From Chloroflexota bacterium (lineage in GTDB: Bacteria > Chloroflexota > Anaerolineae > Anaerolineales > Villigracilaceae): 64,000 nucleotides of DNA. The notes beneath the pieces were generated by a model. The model saw only the letters and a program-made list of their open reading frames with translations, was not told the DNA's origin and searched no databases. Each line of letters begins with the position of its first letter. The stretch's first letter is position 1. Position numbers and translations under genes: made by a program. Below are positions 9,242 through 20,035 of the stretch, piece by piece. Location: the NCBI GenBank assembly GCA_049324115.1, contig JBMOMN010000036.1, positions 3,207 through 67,206 on the forward strand, given 5' to 3'.

Positions 9242-10519
9242 ATGAACATTCTAGAACTTGAAAATAAACCCCTGGCCGCGTTGCGCCAGATGGGCAAAGA
9301 TTACGATGTAACCAATGCCCACCGCCTCAAAAAAGAAGCGCTGATCCTGCGCATCAAACAGGCGGAAGCGGAGCGCGAAGGCCAGGAGATCCGCGGCGGT
9401 ATCCTGGAGATCATGAGCGAAGGGATCGGCTTCCTGCGGGCCGAGCGCTACCAGATCAGCGAATCGGACATTTACGTTTCGCAAGCCCAGCTCAGGCGCC
9501 ACGAACTGCGCAGCGGGGATATGATCATCGGGCATGTGCGCCCGCCGCGTGAATCGGAGCGGCATTACGGCCTCATCAAGGTGGAATCGGTCAACGGGCA
9601 AGACCCGGAAGATTCCCGCCGCCGCCCGAACTTTGAATCCCTCACCCCGATCTTCCCCGATAAACGCTTCGACCTCGAAACCGACCGGGACACCCTGGCT
9701 CCCCGCCTGATCAACCTGATCGCCCCGGTCGGGCGCGGCCAGCGCGGCCTGATCGTTTCGCCGCCCAAAGCCGGCAAAACGACCATCCTGAAACAGCTTG
9801 CCAACTCCATTTCGACCAAACATCCCGACGTGCATCTGATGGTTGCCCTGATCGGCGAACGCCCCGAAGAAGTGACCGACATGGACCGCTCGGTGGACGC
9901 CGAAGTGATCGCCTCCACCTTCGACGAACCGGTCACCTCCCACGTCCGCACCGCGGAAATCGCCCTCGACCGCGCCAAACGCCTGGTCGAGATCGGCCAG
10001 CACGTGGTCATCCTGATGGACTCGATCACCCGCCTGGCCCGCGCCTACAACCTGGTCGTCAACCCCTCCGGGCGCACCCTCTCCGGCGGTATGGACCCCT
10101 CGGCGCTGTACCCGCCCAAGCGTTTCTTCGGCGCGGCCCGCAACCTCGAAGAGGGCGGCTCGCTGACCATCATCGCCACCTGCCTGGTGGACACCGGCTC
10201 CCGCCTGGACGACGTGGTCTACGAAGAGTTCAAAGGCACCGGCAACATGGAACTGCATCTCAGCCGCCGCCTGCAGGAACGCCGCATCTTCCCCTCGGTG
10301 GACATCGAACGCTCGTCCACCCGCCGCGAAGACCTGCTGCTCGGCCCCGACGTGTTGCAACGCGCCTGGCTGATGCGCCGCATGTACCTGCAGATGATCT
10401 CCCCGCCGCCCCAGGGGGCCGGCATGGACGCGGCCGTGGCCACCGAAGCCATCCTCCAGCGCATGACCAGGGCCAGAAACAACCAGGAATTCCTGGATAA
10501 CCTCACAGAAGATCTATGA
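9242..10519 (+). CDS. rho: Transcription termination factor Rho
   Basis: 425 aa with an N-terminal Rho domain (LRIKQAEAE...[14 protein letters not shown]), a CSD-like RNA-binding part, and Walker [19 protein letters not shown]. Confidence 0.95.
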   Translation: MNILELENKPLAALRQMGKDYDVTNAHRLKKEALILRIKQAEAEREGQEIRGGILEIMSEGIGFLRAERYQISESDIYVSQAQLRRHELRSGDMIIGHVRPPRESERHYGLIKVESVNGQDPEDSRRRPNFESLTPIFPDKRFDLETDRDTLAPRLINLIAPVGRGQRGLIVSPPKAGKTTILKQLANSISTKHPDVHLMVALIGERPEEVTDMDRSVDAEVIASTFDEPVTSHVRTAEIALDRAKRLVEIGQHVVILMDSITRLARAYNLVVNPSGRTLSGGMDPSALYPPKRFFGAARNLEEGGSLTIIATCLVDTGSRLDDVVYEEFKGTGNMELHLSRRLQERRIFPSVDIERSSTRREDLLLGPDVLQRAWLMRRMYLQMISPPPQGAGMDAAVATEAILQRMTRARNNQEFLDNLTEDL

Positions 10520-11580
10520 GCGAAAACGAAGGAAAGCCCCGCAATCCCCGCCTGTTTACAGCCGTCAGTTGGGGGATCACTGCGGTCATCGTGGCTTCGC
10601 TGCTGGGATTCACGCTTTGGAAGACCTCGAATTCGGCCAACGCCGCGCCGCTGCCTGAACCCATCCCAACCGCCGAAGCGACGCCCGAACAGGGGGCGGT
10701 CAGCCTGCCAGCCTTGAGCGCGGGCGGGAGCAGGAACGGCATCCAACGCCTAGCCTACCTGAAAACCAATATCCCCGACCGGCCGCGTTACGACACCATC
10801 GAATATAGGGTCGTGCGCGGTGACGCCCTGTTCCGCATTGCCAGCGATCACAACATCAAACCCGAAACCCTGCTCTGGGCCAACTATGACGTGCTCGAAG
10901 ACGATCCCCACAGCCTCAAGCCGGGCCAGGTCCTGCACGTCCCACCCACCGACGGGCTGCTCTACGTGTGGGAGGAAGGCGATACGATTGAAGCCATTGC
11001 CGCCGAATACCTGGCCGAACCCGAAGACATCCTCTCCTGGCCGGGCAACGCCCTCGACCTGACCGCCCCGGAGATCGAACCGGGCCAGATGGTGATGATC
11101 CCCGGCGGCTGGCGCGAGTCGAAGGCCATCACCCTCCCGACCATTGCCCGTACCTCCGGGACCGGCACGGCCAACACCGGCGGCGCGGCCTGCGGCGGCG
11201 GGGCGGTCGGCAGCGGCGGTTTCGTCTGGCCGGCCGACAACCATTTCCTTTCCGGCAACGATTACTTCCCAGGCCACCTCGGCATTGACATCGCCGCGGG
11301 GGAAGGTGCGGCCGTCTACGCCTCCGACAGCGGCGTCGTCACCATGGCTTCCAGCGGCTGGAACTACGGCTACGGCAACGTGATCCAGATCGACCACGGC
11401 AACGGCTACTCGACCCTCTACGCCCACCTCAGCCAGATCAACGTCGTCACCTGCCAGAGCGTCTTCGCCGGGCAGTTGATCGGCCTGTCGGGCAACACCG
11501 GCAACTCTTACGGCGCCCACCTGCACTTCGAAGTGCGCCAGGGCGGCGGGAACATCAACCCCTGGTACGTGTTGCCGTAG
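10516..11580 (+). CDS. Membrane-anchored LysM-domain M23 metallopeptidase
   Basis: N-terminal TM helix and two LysM-like repeats (YRVVRGDALFRIA, YVWEEGDTIEAIA). C-terminal M23 motifs are HLGIDIAA and GNTGNSYGAHLHFEV. Its ATG overlaps the rho stop (ATGA). Confidence 0.85.
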   Translation: MSENEGKPRNPRLFTAVSWGITAVIVASLLGFTLWKTSNSANAAPLPEPIPTAEATPEQGAVSLPALSAGGSRNGIQRLAYLKTNIPDRPRYDTIEYRVVRGDALFRIASDHNIKPETLLWANYDVLEDDPHSLKPGQVLHVPPTDGLLYVWEEGDTIEAIAAEYLAEPEDILSWPGNALDLTAPEIEPGQMVMIPGGWRESKAITLPTIARTSGTGTANTGGAACGGGAVGSGGFVWPADNHFLSGNDYFPGHLGIDIAAGEGAAVYASDSGVVTMASSGWNYGYGNVIQIDHGNGYSTLYAHLSQINVVTCQSVFAGQLIGLSGNTGNSYGAHLHFEVRQGGGNINPWYVLP

Positions 11581-11598
11581 GACAGAATTAATTCTGTC

Positions 11599-12402
11599 TT
11601 GCTATCCAACATGGATGAAAAAACGCTCAAGACGGCTCTTGCGGACCTGCCCCTCGGCGGGCTGCGCTATTTCGACTCGACCGGCTCGACCAACGACCTG
11701 GCCCTGGCCTGGGCCGCCGAAAGCGCCCCGGACTTTAGCCTGATCCTCGCCGATGAGCAGACCAGCGGCCGGGGGCGTTCCGGCCGGACCTGGTATACGC
11801 CCGGCGGCTCCGCCCTGGCCTTCAGCCTGATCCTGCGCCCCACCGAATCCGAACGCCAACACCCGGTCTTTTTCACCGCCCTGGGCGCGCTGGCCCTGAC
11901 CGAAACCCTGTCGAAAAACTTCAGCCTGCCTTCCCGCATCAAATGGCCCAACGATGTGTTGATCCGCGGCCGCAAGGCAGCCGGCATCCTGCTCGAAACC
12001 GTCTGGCTGGGGGATTCGGTCGAAAGCCTGGTGCTGGGCATGGGCCTCAACGTCCTGGCCGCCTCCGTCCCGCCCGCCGACAACCTGGATTTCCCGGCCA
12101 CCAGCATCGAAGACGAGGCCGGCCAGCCGCCGGACCGTCCTGCCCTGCTGCGCGACATCCTGGCCGAATTGATCGCCTGGCGCGCCCGCCTCGGCAGCCC
12201 GGAATTCCTCGCTACGTGGGAAGACCGCCTCGCCTATCGCGGTGAACAGGTCCAGGCCTGGGATCCGTCCGGTCAGGTCCCGCCCCGCAGCGGCCAGCTC
12301 CTCGGCCTGGGCGCGGATGGCAGCCTGCAACTGCGCGGGGAGGACGGCGAAACGGTTTCAGTCCATTTTGGGGATGTGCGCCTGCGCCCGGCCAAGCTCT
12401 GA
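11599..12402 (+). CDS. birA: Biotin-[acetyl-CoA-carboxylase] ligase (class I, no HTH domain)
   Basis: Has the GRGRSGRTWYTPGG signature and is about 265 aa. The ORF-track start is TTG 11599; ATG 11611 (MDEKTL) is an equally plausible start. Confidence 0.85.
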   Translation: MLSNMDEKTLKTALADLPLGGLRYFDSTGSTNDLALAWAAESAPDFSLILADEQTSGRGRSGRTWYTPGGSALAFSLILRPTESERQHPVFFTALGALALTETLSKNFSLPSRIKWPNDVLIRGRKAAGILLETVWLGDSVESLVLGMGLNVLAASVPPADNLDFPATSIEDEAGQPPDRPALLRDILAELIAWRARLGSPEFLATWEDRLAYRGEQVQAWDPSGQVPPRSGQLLGLGADGSLQLRGEDGETVSVHFGDVRLRPAKL

Positions 12403-12449
12403 TGGGGATGTGATATACTTTTGCCAGCCCAACCCGTGACGAGGTTTCC

Positions 12450-12689
12450 ATGTTAGACAATCTCCGCGAATCAGCCGCATCCTCACCCTTTCTCGAAGAC
12501 GAAGAAGAACTCCCCGATTTCCTCGGTGAAGCCCCGCCTCCCCAGAAGCCCCGCAAGCCTCGCAAACCGCTCCTGGGCATGACGCCCCCTCAGCGCTTCG
12601 CCCTGTCAATGATGATGTTCATCACCGTGTGTTTGCTGGGCGTTATGGCAATGTTCATCCTGGGGCGCTTCATGGTTCCCACCTTCTAA
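12450..12689 (+). CDS. Small tail-anchored membrane protein, unknown function
   Basis: 79 aa with an acidic/Pro-Lys N-terminus and a C-terminal TM helix (FALSMMMFITVCLLGVMAMFILG). It is followed by a strong terminator. Confidence 0.45.
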   Translation: MLDNLRESAASSPFLEDEEELPDFLGEAPPPQKPRKPRKPLLGMTPPQRFALSMMMFITVCLLGVMAMFILGRFMVPTF

Positions 12690-12710
12690 AATCCAACATC
12701 AGCCCGACAA

Positions 12711-12743
12711 AAGAACCCAAAGGCTCGTATCCTTTGGGTTCTT
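12711..12743. terminator. Bidirectional intrinsic terminator between convergent genes
   Basis: AAGAACCCAAAGG-ctcgtat-CCTTTGGGTTCTT, flanked by A-rich sequence on one side and T-rich on the other. It sits between the 79-aa ORF (+) and gyrA (-). Confidence 0.65.
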
Positions 12744-12819
12744 CTTTTAGCATAGGACAAATTGGCAATTTGTCCTGCATCATGGAAATCCGTTAATCAC
12801 GCCGGGATCGAACGCTTGC

Positions 12820-15339
12820 TTACTCGGAGCCGAACAATTCCGGCTGGGCATCTTCCGGTTTGTCGCCGTTGCCGTTGATTTTGGCCCCGGCCCGCTTCAG
12901 GTCCGAGGCGGCGATGCGCGCCACAGCCGCGACGTAATCGCCGGCTTGCAGGCGCATCATGCGCACGCCCCGGGTCGAGCGCCCGGCCACTTTGACTTCC
13001 TTCACTTTCAGGCGGATGGCGACGCCGTTGGCCGAGATGAGGGTCATGTGGTCTTCCGGCTGGACGACGCGGGCGGCGGTAATCTTGCCCACTACCGGGA
13101 TGGCCTTCTTGTCAATCGTGGACACTCCGCCGGTGGCGCGCCCCTTGGCCGGATACTCGTCGAGGGGCGTTTGCTTGCCAAAACCGCCCTCAGTGACGAT
13201 CAGCAGCGACCCGCCCGGCTGGACCTTGGTCATGCTGGTGACGGCGTCGCCTTTCGCCAGGCGGATACCCTGCACGCCGCTGGCAGCCCGTCCCATCGAG
13301 CGGACCTCGTCCTCGGCGAAGCGCAGGGCCTGTCCCTGGGCGGTGACGAGGATGATCTCATCCTTGCCGGTGGTCAGGCGCGCCCAGCCGAGTTCGTCGT
13401 CGGCGTCGAGGGTCATGGCGATCAGGCCCGAAGGCCGCACGGAGGCAAATTCCTCCAGGTCAACCCGCTTGATCCTGCCTTTGACCGTCGCCAGGGTGCA
13501 GTAACCGTGCGAGTCGAACCTCGTGACCGCGATGGCCGCGGTGATGCGCTCGTTGGCGTCGAGGCTGAGCACGTTGACAATCGGCATCCCTTTCCCGGTC
13601 CGGCCTGAATCGGGGATCTGGTAAACCTTTTCGGAGTAGACCTTGCCCTTGTCCGAGAAGAACAGCACCGTCTGCAAGGTGCGGGCGGGCAGCACCATCA
13701 GCACTTCATCTTCTTCCTTGGTGGCGTGGGCCGTGACGCCGCGCCCGCCGATCCCCTGGGATTTGTAGGCGCTGGCCGAAGTGCGCTTGATGTAGCCGCG
13801 TTCGGTCAGGCTGATGAGCACCGCCTCGTCCTGGACCAGGTCTTCCAGGCTGAGTTCCTCGGTGGCGTCGGCGGCGATGCGCGTCCGGCGGTCGTCGCCA
13901 TATTTTTCCGAGATTTCGCGCATGTCGTCCTGGATCAGGGTCAGGATCTTCTTCGGGTTGGCGAGCAGGTCTTCGAGGTAGGCGATCTGGGCCATGACCT
14001 GTTTGTGCTCTTCTTCGATCTTCCAGCGTTCGAGGGCGGCCAGGCGGCGCAGTTGCATGTCGAGGATGGCCTGGGCCTGGAGTTCGCTCAGTTTGAAGCG
14101 CGTCATCAGGCGCTCTTTGGCCGCGTCTGCATCCTGCGACTCGCGGATGGTCTGGATCACGGCGTCTATGTTTTCGAGGGCGATCAGCAGCCCGTCTAAG
14201 ATGTGGGCGCGGGCGCGGGCCTTGGCCAGCTCGAAGTTCGAGCGGCGGACGATGATCGTCTGGCGGTGTTCGATGAAGATTTGCAGGGCGCGCTTGAGCG
14301 AGAGCAGGCGCGGCTCGCCGTCCACCAGGGCCAGCAACTGCACCCCAAAAGTGGACTGGAGCATGGTGTACTTGTAAAGCTGGTTGAGCACCTTCTTGGG
14401 CTGGGCGCCGCGCTTGAGTTCGATGACGATGCTCATGCCGCGCTGGTCGGATTCGTCGCGCAGGTCGGAGATGGCGTCAATACGCTCTTCGCGCACCAGT
14501 TCGGCGATCCGCTCGATCAGGCTGGCCTTGTTGACCTGGTAGGGGATTTCGGTGATGACGATCTGGAAGCGACCGCCCTTCATTTCCTCGATGTGGGCCA
14601 CGCCGCGCATGACGATCCGTCCCTTGCCGAAACTGTAAGCCTGGAGGATGCCCTCCCGCCCGACGATCAGGCCGCCGGTCGGGAAATCGGGGCCGGGAAT
14701 GTGTTCGAGCAGGGCTTCGGAGGGAATGTCGTCCGCCTGGTCGAAATTATCAATCAGGTAGATGACCGCGTTCGCCAGTTCGCGCAAGTTATGGGGCGGG
14801 ATGTTGGTGGCCATACCGACCGCAATGCCGGAGGTGCCGTTGAGCAGCAGGTTGGGGATGCGGGAGGGCAGGACGGTGGGTTCTTCGAGCGAATCGTCGA
14901 AGTTGGGAGCAAAGTCAACCGTATCTTTTTCGATGTCCGCCAGCAGTTCCTCGGCCAGCCGGGATATGCGGGCCTCGGTGTAACGCATGGCTGCCGGGGC
15001 GTCGCCGTCTATCGAACCAAAGTTGCCCTGGCCGTCCACCAGCAGGTAGCGCATGGAAAAATCCTGGGCCATGCGGGCCATCGAGTCGTAAACGGCCACG
15101 TCGCCGTGGGGATGGTACTTGCCCAGCACCTCGCCGACGATGCGGGCGGATTTTTTGTAGGGGCTGTTGGCCCGGATGCCGAGTTCGTGCATAGCGAACA
15201 GGATACGGCGATGGACCGGCTTCAGCCCGTCGCGGGCGTCGGGCAGGGCGCGGGCAACGATGGTGCTCATGGCATAATCGAGGAACGCGTCCCGCATCTG
15301 GCGGTCAATATCTACCTGTTGAATGGTTCCAATTTCCAT
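12820..15339 (-). CDS. gyrA: DNA gyrase subunit A
   Basis: 839 aa. The N-terminus has the [14 protein letters not shown] and active-site AAMRYTE motifs, and the C-terminus has beta-pinwheel repeats. Confidence 0.96.
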   Translation of the reverse strand: MEIGTIQQVDIDRQMRDAFLDYAMSTIVARALPDARDGLKPVHRRILFAMHELGIRANSPYKKSARIVGEVLGKYHPHGDVAVYDSMARMAQDFSMRYLLVDGQGNFGSIDGDAPAAMRYTEARISRLAEELLADIEKDTVDFAPNFDDSLEEPTVLPSRIPNLLLNGTSGIAVGMATNIPPHNLRELANAVIYLIDNFDQADDIPSEALLEHIPGPDFPTGGLIVGREGILQAYSFGKGRIVMRGVAHIEEMKGGRFQIVITEIPYQVNKASLIERIAELVREERIDAISDLRDESDQRGMSIVIELKRGAQPKKVLNQLYKYTMLQSTFGVQLLALVDGEPRLLSLKRALQIFIEHRQTIIVRRSNFELAKARARAHILDGLLIALENIDAVIQTIRESQDADAAKERLMTRFKLSELQAQAILDMQLRRLAALERWKIEEEHKQVMAQIAYLEDLLANPKKILTLIQDDMREISEKYGDDRRTRIAADATEELSLEDLVQDEAVLISLTERGYIKRTSASAYKSQGIGGRGVTAHATKEEDEVLMVLPARTLQTVLFFSDKGKVYSEKVYQIPDSGRTGKGMPIVNVLSLDANERITAAIAVTRFDSHGYCTLATVKGRIKRVDLEEFASVRPSGLIAMTLDADDELGWARLTTGKDEIILVTAQGQALRFAEDEVRSMGRAASGVQGIRLAKGDAVTSMTKVQPGGSLLIVTEGGFGKQTPLDEYPAKGRATGGVSTIDKKAIPVVGKITAARVVQPEDHMTLISANGVAIRLKVKEVKVAGRSTRGVRMMRLQAGDYVAAVARIAASDLKRAGAKINGNGDKPEDAQPELFGSE

Positions 15340-15466
15340 AGGCTTGCCTTTAAATCTCTTCGGGTTTTTAGCAAAATGAAGGCCGGTACACAGACCGGCC
15401 CAGGTTGCCTAGCGACCCCAATTATACCATCCCCCTGTTTCACTAAAAGAGCCTGTCCGAAAATTC

Positions 15467-15620
15467 CAGGAGTGCCGACTTCAGCGATTAATCCTGGAGT
15501 GCGGACTTCAGTCCGCCGGTCCGCCGGTCCGCCGGTCCGCCGGTCCGCCGGTCCGCCGGTCCGCCAGTCCGCCGGGAACAGGCAAGCTGAAGCTTGCACT
15601 CCTTTTTCGGATAGAGAGCA
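15467..15620. repeat. Hairpin repeat element with an internal 8-nt microsatellite (GTCCGCCG x8 at 15511-15574)
   Basis: Contains GCGGACTTCAGTCCGC and GGCAAGCTGAAGCTTGC hairpins. It has the same building blocks as the arrays at 31181-31636 and 55228-55398. Confidence 0.8.
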
Positions 15621-15653
15621 ATGAAAAACCCGCCTTCCAGCGGGTTCGATCTG

Positions 15654-15737
<84 letters not shown>

Positions 15738-16017
15738 AACTTCCGCAGGCGCTTTGGCGTGCGCCGTGCGGGTTGTATTTTATCCGAAACCGCGAATTTG
15801 TCAACCTGAGTTTCGATTTTCACAATAGATTCTGCTGCAAAACCTTTTTCACCGCGAAGGCCGCGAAGAGCGCAAAGAATTTCCTAAAGTTCCCGAAGAA
15901 ACATAGGGGGACTCTTGGGGTTCCTTCACGTTTTCCAAAATTCCTTCGCGACCTTCGTTTCTTCGCGGTGAGATTTAACCCTTTTGCAGTGGACTCACAA
16001 TATTTTTCGGGTCTTGG

Positions 16018-17685
16018 TTATGCCGGCGCCAATTCGTAAAGTTCGCGGACGGATTTGCCATCGGCCAGCCAGATGCGGGTGGCGAAACGCCGGATGAAAT
16101 AGCGGTCGTGGACGACGGCCAGGACCGTCCCGTCGAAACCGGTCAAGGCCTGCTCGAAACGGGACCGGGAGGGGATGTCGAGGTGGTTGATGGGTTCGTC
16201 CAGGACGAGGAAGGTGCAACCCCGGGCGACCAGCAGCGCCAATTGGAGACGGGCGCGCTCTCCGTAGGAAAGTTCCCCGCTGGGGCGAAGGGGATCGTCG
16301 CCGCTGAACAGGAAAAAGTGCAGGAAGCGCCGCGCTTCGGTCTCGCTGAAGGATGCCGCCCGCCGGACGGTTTCCAGGGCGCTGAGAGACGGGTCGAGCA
16401 ACTCCTGTTCCTGGGCCATGTACCCGAGCCGGACCGAGGCCCCCAGCCGGAGCGCGCCGCCCGGCGGATCAAGCTCCCCCGCAATCGTGCGGATGAGGGT
16501 CGTCTTGCCGGAACCGTTCGGCCCGGTCAGGACGATCCGCTCCCCGGCGCGGACGTTCAGGTTCAGGGCTTCGAGCAGCGGCACGTGGCCGGGATAGCCG
16601 ACCGACAGATTGTCAGTAACCAGCACATCTTTCGATTGGACGGCTGGGACGCCGAAATCCAGTTTCATCTGCCAGGAGGAACGTGGCTTCTCGACCCGTT
16701 CATCGGATTCGAGGAAACGCTCCAGCTTCTTCTCGCGGGATTTGGCTTTTTTGGCAACTTTCTTGGCGATCCCCTGCTGGTAAGATTTGAAGCCTTTGAT
16801 CTTGTACTCCGGCCCGCCGATGCGGATGGAACTGGCCTTGCGCTCGGTACTGGCGGCCTGTTCCTTGACGCGGGCGATGTCCTGCCGCATCCGCCGGATC
16901 TCAGCCTGCTGATCGGCATAAGCCTGCTGCTGTTTCTCCAACTCGGCCAGTTTCTGCCCGGCGTAGTCCGTGTAGTTGCCGGGATAGGATTTGAGGGAGC
17001 CTGTGGCCGGGTCGAGTTCGAGGATGGCGGTGACGGTGTTGTCCAGGAAGGCCCGGTCGTGGGACACGATCAGGGCCGCGCCGTTGAAGCGCGCCAGCCA
17101 GCCTTCGAGCCATTCGAGCATGGCGATGTCGAGGTGGTTGGTGGGTTCGTCGAGCAGGAGCAGGTGCGGTTCCTGGACCAGGAGTCTCGCCAGCATCAGG
17201 CGGGTCTTCTGCCCGCCGGAGAGATGCTCGACCGGGGTGTCGAGGCTGAACTCCGCCAGCCTCAGAGGGCCGAGGACGGATCCGGGCCGGATGGCAGCCC
17301 CCGCAAGCCGGGCCAGGGTTTCGTCATAGCGCTGCTGGAGGGCCGCGTCTTGCGGATTGGCGGCCAGGGCGGCCGCCAGGGAAGCGATTTCGGTTTCGGG
17401 ATCAGCCGTCGAAACGGGAGCCAGCCCGAGGGCCGTCCGCAGCGTCTGCCCGGGATCATGGTCCAGGCCCTGGGCCAGGTATCCGATCCGCAGGCCGGGA
17501 CGCGTGAGGGCCACCGTCCCTTCGTCCGGCTTTTCGAGGCCGGCCAGGATGCGGATCAGGGTGGTCTTGCCGCAGCCGTTCGGGCCGACCAGCCCGAGGC
17601 GCTCCCCGGCGCTGATATTGAATGAAATGTCTTGCAAGATGGGCTGGATGCCGTAAGTTTTGGATAGGTGATGAGCGGTAAGCAT
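16018..17685 (-). CDS. ABC-F family ATPase (two NBDs, no TMD)
   Basis: 555 aa with two Walker A sites (GPNGCGKTT, GPNGSGKTT), two LSGG/LSYGE signatures and a charged inter-domain linker. Confidence 0.88.
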   Translation of the reverse strand: MLTAHHLSKTYGIQPILQDISFNISAGERLGLVGPNGCGKTTLIRILAGLEKPDEGTVALTRPGLRIGYLAQGLDHDPGQTLRTALGLAPVSTADPETEIASLAAALAANPQDAALQQRYDETLARLAGAAIRPGSVLGPLRLAEFSLDTPVEHLSGGQKTRLMLARLLVQEPHLLLLDEPTNHLDIAMLEWLEGWLARFNGAALIVSHDRAFLDNTVTAILELDPATGSLKSYPGNYTDYAGQKLAELEKQQQAYADQQAEIRRMRQDIARVKEQAASTERKASSIRIGGPEYKIKGFKSYQQGIAKKVAKKAKSREKKLERFLESDERVEKPRSSWQMKLDFGVPAVQSKDVLVTDNLSVGYPGHVPLLEALNLNVRAGERIVLTGPNGSGKTTLIRTIAGELDPPGGALRLGASVRLGYMAQEQELLDPSLSALETVRRAASFSETEARRFLHFFLFSGDDPLRPSGELSYGERARLQLALLVARGCTFLVLDEPINHLDIPSRSRFEQALTGFDGTVLAVVHDRYFIRRFATRIWLADGKSVRELYELAPA

Positions 17686-17850
17686 AAGGTCTCCTGTAGG
17701 TTAAACGAAAACCGGGGGCAAACGCCCCCGGCTGGGATCAAATCGCAGCGGGTCGTACCCCGGAACTGGTCTTATGGACTACAGGCTGTCAATCATTCCT
17801 TATGCTCCTTGCGGACGCCGGGATTATAGCACAGGTTGGCGGAGAATCAT

Positions 17851-19920
17851 TTATTCTTCGCGCTTCTCGGCGATTTCCTTCTGGCGGATGGCGATCAGCT
17901 CGGCCGCCAGGTGCTGCGGGACGGTCTCGTAGTGGTCGAATTCCATCGAGAAGTAGCCGCGGCCGGCGGTCATCGAGCGGATCTGGGTGGTGTAGCGCAG
18001 CATTTCGGCCAGCGGCACCTGGGCGATGACGGTCGTCTGGCCGCGCTCGGTCTCGGTGCCCATCACGCGCCCGCGGCGGGTGTTCAGGTCGCCCATTACG
18101 TCGCCCATGTGGGCATCCGGCACGGTGACCCGCACCAGCATGATCGGCTCGAACAGCACGGGACCGGCATCCTGCACGGCCAGCTTGAAGGCTTCGCGGG
18201 CGGCGGTCTCGAAGGCCACCGGCTTGGAATCGACCGGGTGCTCCTTGCCGTCGTAAACCGAGACGTGGACGTTGTTCATCGGATAACCGGCGATCACGCC
18301 TTCCTTCATCACGTTGGTAATGCCCTTGCGGATGGCAGGTTCATACGATTGCGAGACCGCGCCGCCGAAAACATCCCAGGTGAGGCTGAAATCTTCGTCG
18401 GGGAGGGGATCAATATTGATGTGGACCTCTCCGAACTGGCCCGCGCCGCCGGTCTGTTTCTTGTGGCGGTACATCGCATTACCCTTCTTGGTGATGCCCT
18501 CGCGGTACGGGACCTTCGGCTCATGCGTTACGAGATGGACCTGTAGCTTGGTCTCGGCCCGGCGGATGGCCACGTCAATGTGCTGGTCGCCCATGCCTTG
18601 CAGGATGGTCTGCCCGGTGGCCTGTTCGTTGTGCCACGAGAGGGTCATGTCTTCTTCGCACAGGCGGGTCAGCGAGGGGGAGATCTTGGCCGAGTCGGCC
18701 TGGGTCTTGGGGAAGACGGCCACCCGGTAGAGGGCGTTCGGGTATTCGGGGACGGGCAGGGTCAGCGGGTGGGCTTTGTCGCACAGGGTATCGCCGGTGG
18801 CGGTCTCGCTCAGCTTCGCCACTGTGCCGATATCACCCGAATGGATCACTTTGACCGGGGAAGTCTCCTTGCCGCGCATGATGCTCAGGCTGGCCATGCG
18901 CTCTTCCACTTCCTTTTTCGGGTTCCACAGGCGGCTGTCAGCCTGGATCATGCCGGAATAGACCCGGAAGAAGGTCTGCTTGCCGACGAACGGGTCGGCA
19001 GTCGTCTTCCAGACGTAAGCGGCCAGCGGACCGGCGTCGGAGGCCCGAAGCTGCTCATCGCCGTTCCTGCCCTGGGCCGTCACCGCCGGGACCTCCGCCG
19101 GGGAGGGCAGCAGGTCCACGATGGCGTCCAGCAGGCGGACGACGCCTTTTTCGTTGCCGGTGGCCGAGGCGAAGACCGGGATAAAGGACCCGGAGAGGAT
19201 CGCCTTCCTGAAACCGCGCACCAGCTCCTCGTCCGTGAGTTCGCCGCTGTCGAGATATTTTTCGAGCAGGGCATCCTCCCCTTCCGCAGCCGCCTCGATC
19301 AGGGCAATGCGGGCCTCCTCGGCAGCGTCTTTGTATTCAGATGGGATCTCGACCGGTTTGTTGTCGAGGCCGTAGGCTTTCATCGTGATCAGGTCAATCA
19401 CGCCCTTGAAATCGGCTTTCTCGCCCCAGGGAAGTTGCGCCGGGACCAGGCGGATCTCGGAAAATTCGGCCACCGAGCCGAGCGCCTTCTGGAAGTTGGC
19501 GTTGTCGCGATCCATCTTGTTGATCACCACGGCCCGCGGCAGGTTGAACTGGCTGCAATAGCGCCAGGCGATCTCCGTGCCGACCTCCAGGCCGGAAACC
19601 GCATCCACCAGGACGAGGGCCGCGTCGGCTACCCGCAAGGCGGAGATCACCTCCCCGACGAAGTCGGTATAGCCCGGCGCGTCGAGGACGTTGATCTTGT
19701 GGTTGCGGTATTCCACCGGCACTACGCTGGTGTAGAGCGAAATCTTGCGGCGAATTTCTTCATCATCATGGTCGGATATGGTTGTCCCGTCCTCGATCTT
19801 GCCCAGGCGGGTCGTCCCCCCCGAAAAATGCAGGAACGCTTCTGCCATCATTGTTTTTCCCGCGCTGCCGTGAGCCACCAATGCGACATTGCGGATAAAC
19901 TCGGTGGTATACTCTTTCAT
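17851..19920 (-). CDS. Elongation factor G-like translational GTPase (paralog)
   Basis: The start is trimmed to MKEYTTEFIRNVALVAHGSAGKTM (ATG 19920). G-domain motifs DAPGYTDF and NKMD are present and EF-G domains II-V follow. The upstream 107 codons of the raw ORF have no support. Confidence 0.85.
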   Translation of the reverse strand: MKEYTTEFIRNVALVAHGSAGKTMMAEAFLHFSGGTTRLGKIEDGTTISDHDDEEIRRKISLYTSVVPVEYRNHKINVLDAPGYTDFVGEVISALRVADAALVLVDAVSGLEVGTEIAWRYCSQFNLPRAVVINKMDRDNANFQKALGSVAEFSEIRLVPAQLPWGEKADFKGVIDLITMKAYGLDNKPVEIPSEYKDAAEEARIALIEAAAEGEDALLEKYLDSGELTDEELVRGFRKAILSGSFIPVFASATGNEKGVVRLLDAIVDLLPSPAEVPAVTAQGRNGDEQLRASDAGPLAAYVWKTTADPFVGKQTFFRVYSGMIQADSRLWNPKKEVEERMASLSIMRGKETSPVKVIHSGDIGTVAKLSETATGDTLCDKAHPLTLPVPEYPNALYRVAVFPKTQADSAKISPSLTRLCEEDMTLSWHNEQATGQTILQGMGDQHIDVAIRRAETKLQVHLVTHEPKVPYREGITKKGNAMYRHKKQTGGAGQFGEVHINIDPLPDEDFSLTWDVFGGAVSQSYEPAIRKGITNVMKEGVIAGYPMNNVHVSVYDGKEHPVDSKPVAFETAAREAFKLAVQDAGPVLFEPIMLVRVTVPDAHMGDVMGDLNTRRGRVMGTETERGQTTVIAQVPLAEMLRYTTQIRSMTAGRGYFSMEFDHYETVPQHLAAELIAIRQKEIAEKREE

Positions 19921-20035
19921 GTTCAAGAACACCTTTCGTGTTTTGGGATAAAGCCAGAGCATGATTGTAAACAAAGACGATTGAATTGTCAAAGTGAGCT
20001 TTGTCACCTGAATTTCCTCATTAATTGGGAACCCC

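Noticed and set aside
11581-11598. The perfect palindrome GACAGAATTAATTCTGTC just upstream of birA, considered as a possible BirA operator (bioO).
   Set aside because: This BirA is short (about 265 aa) and lacks the N-terminal HTH domain required for repressor activity. The palindrome is more likely a hairpin or terminator after the M23 gene, or a dispersed repeat.
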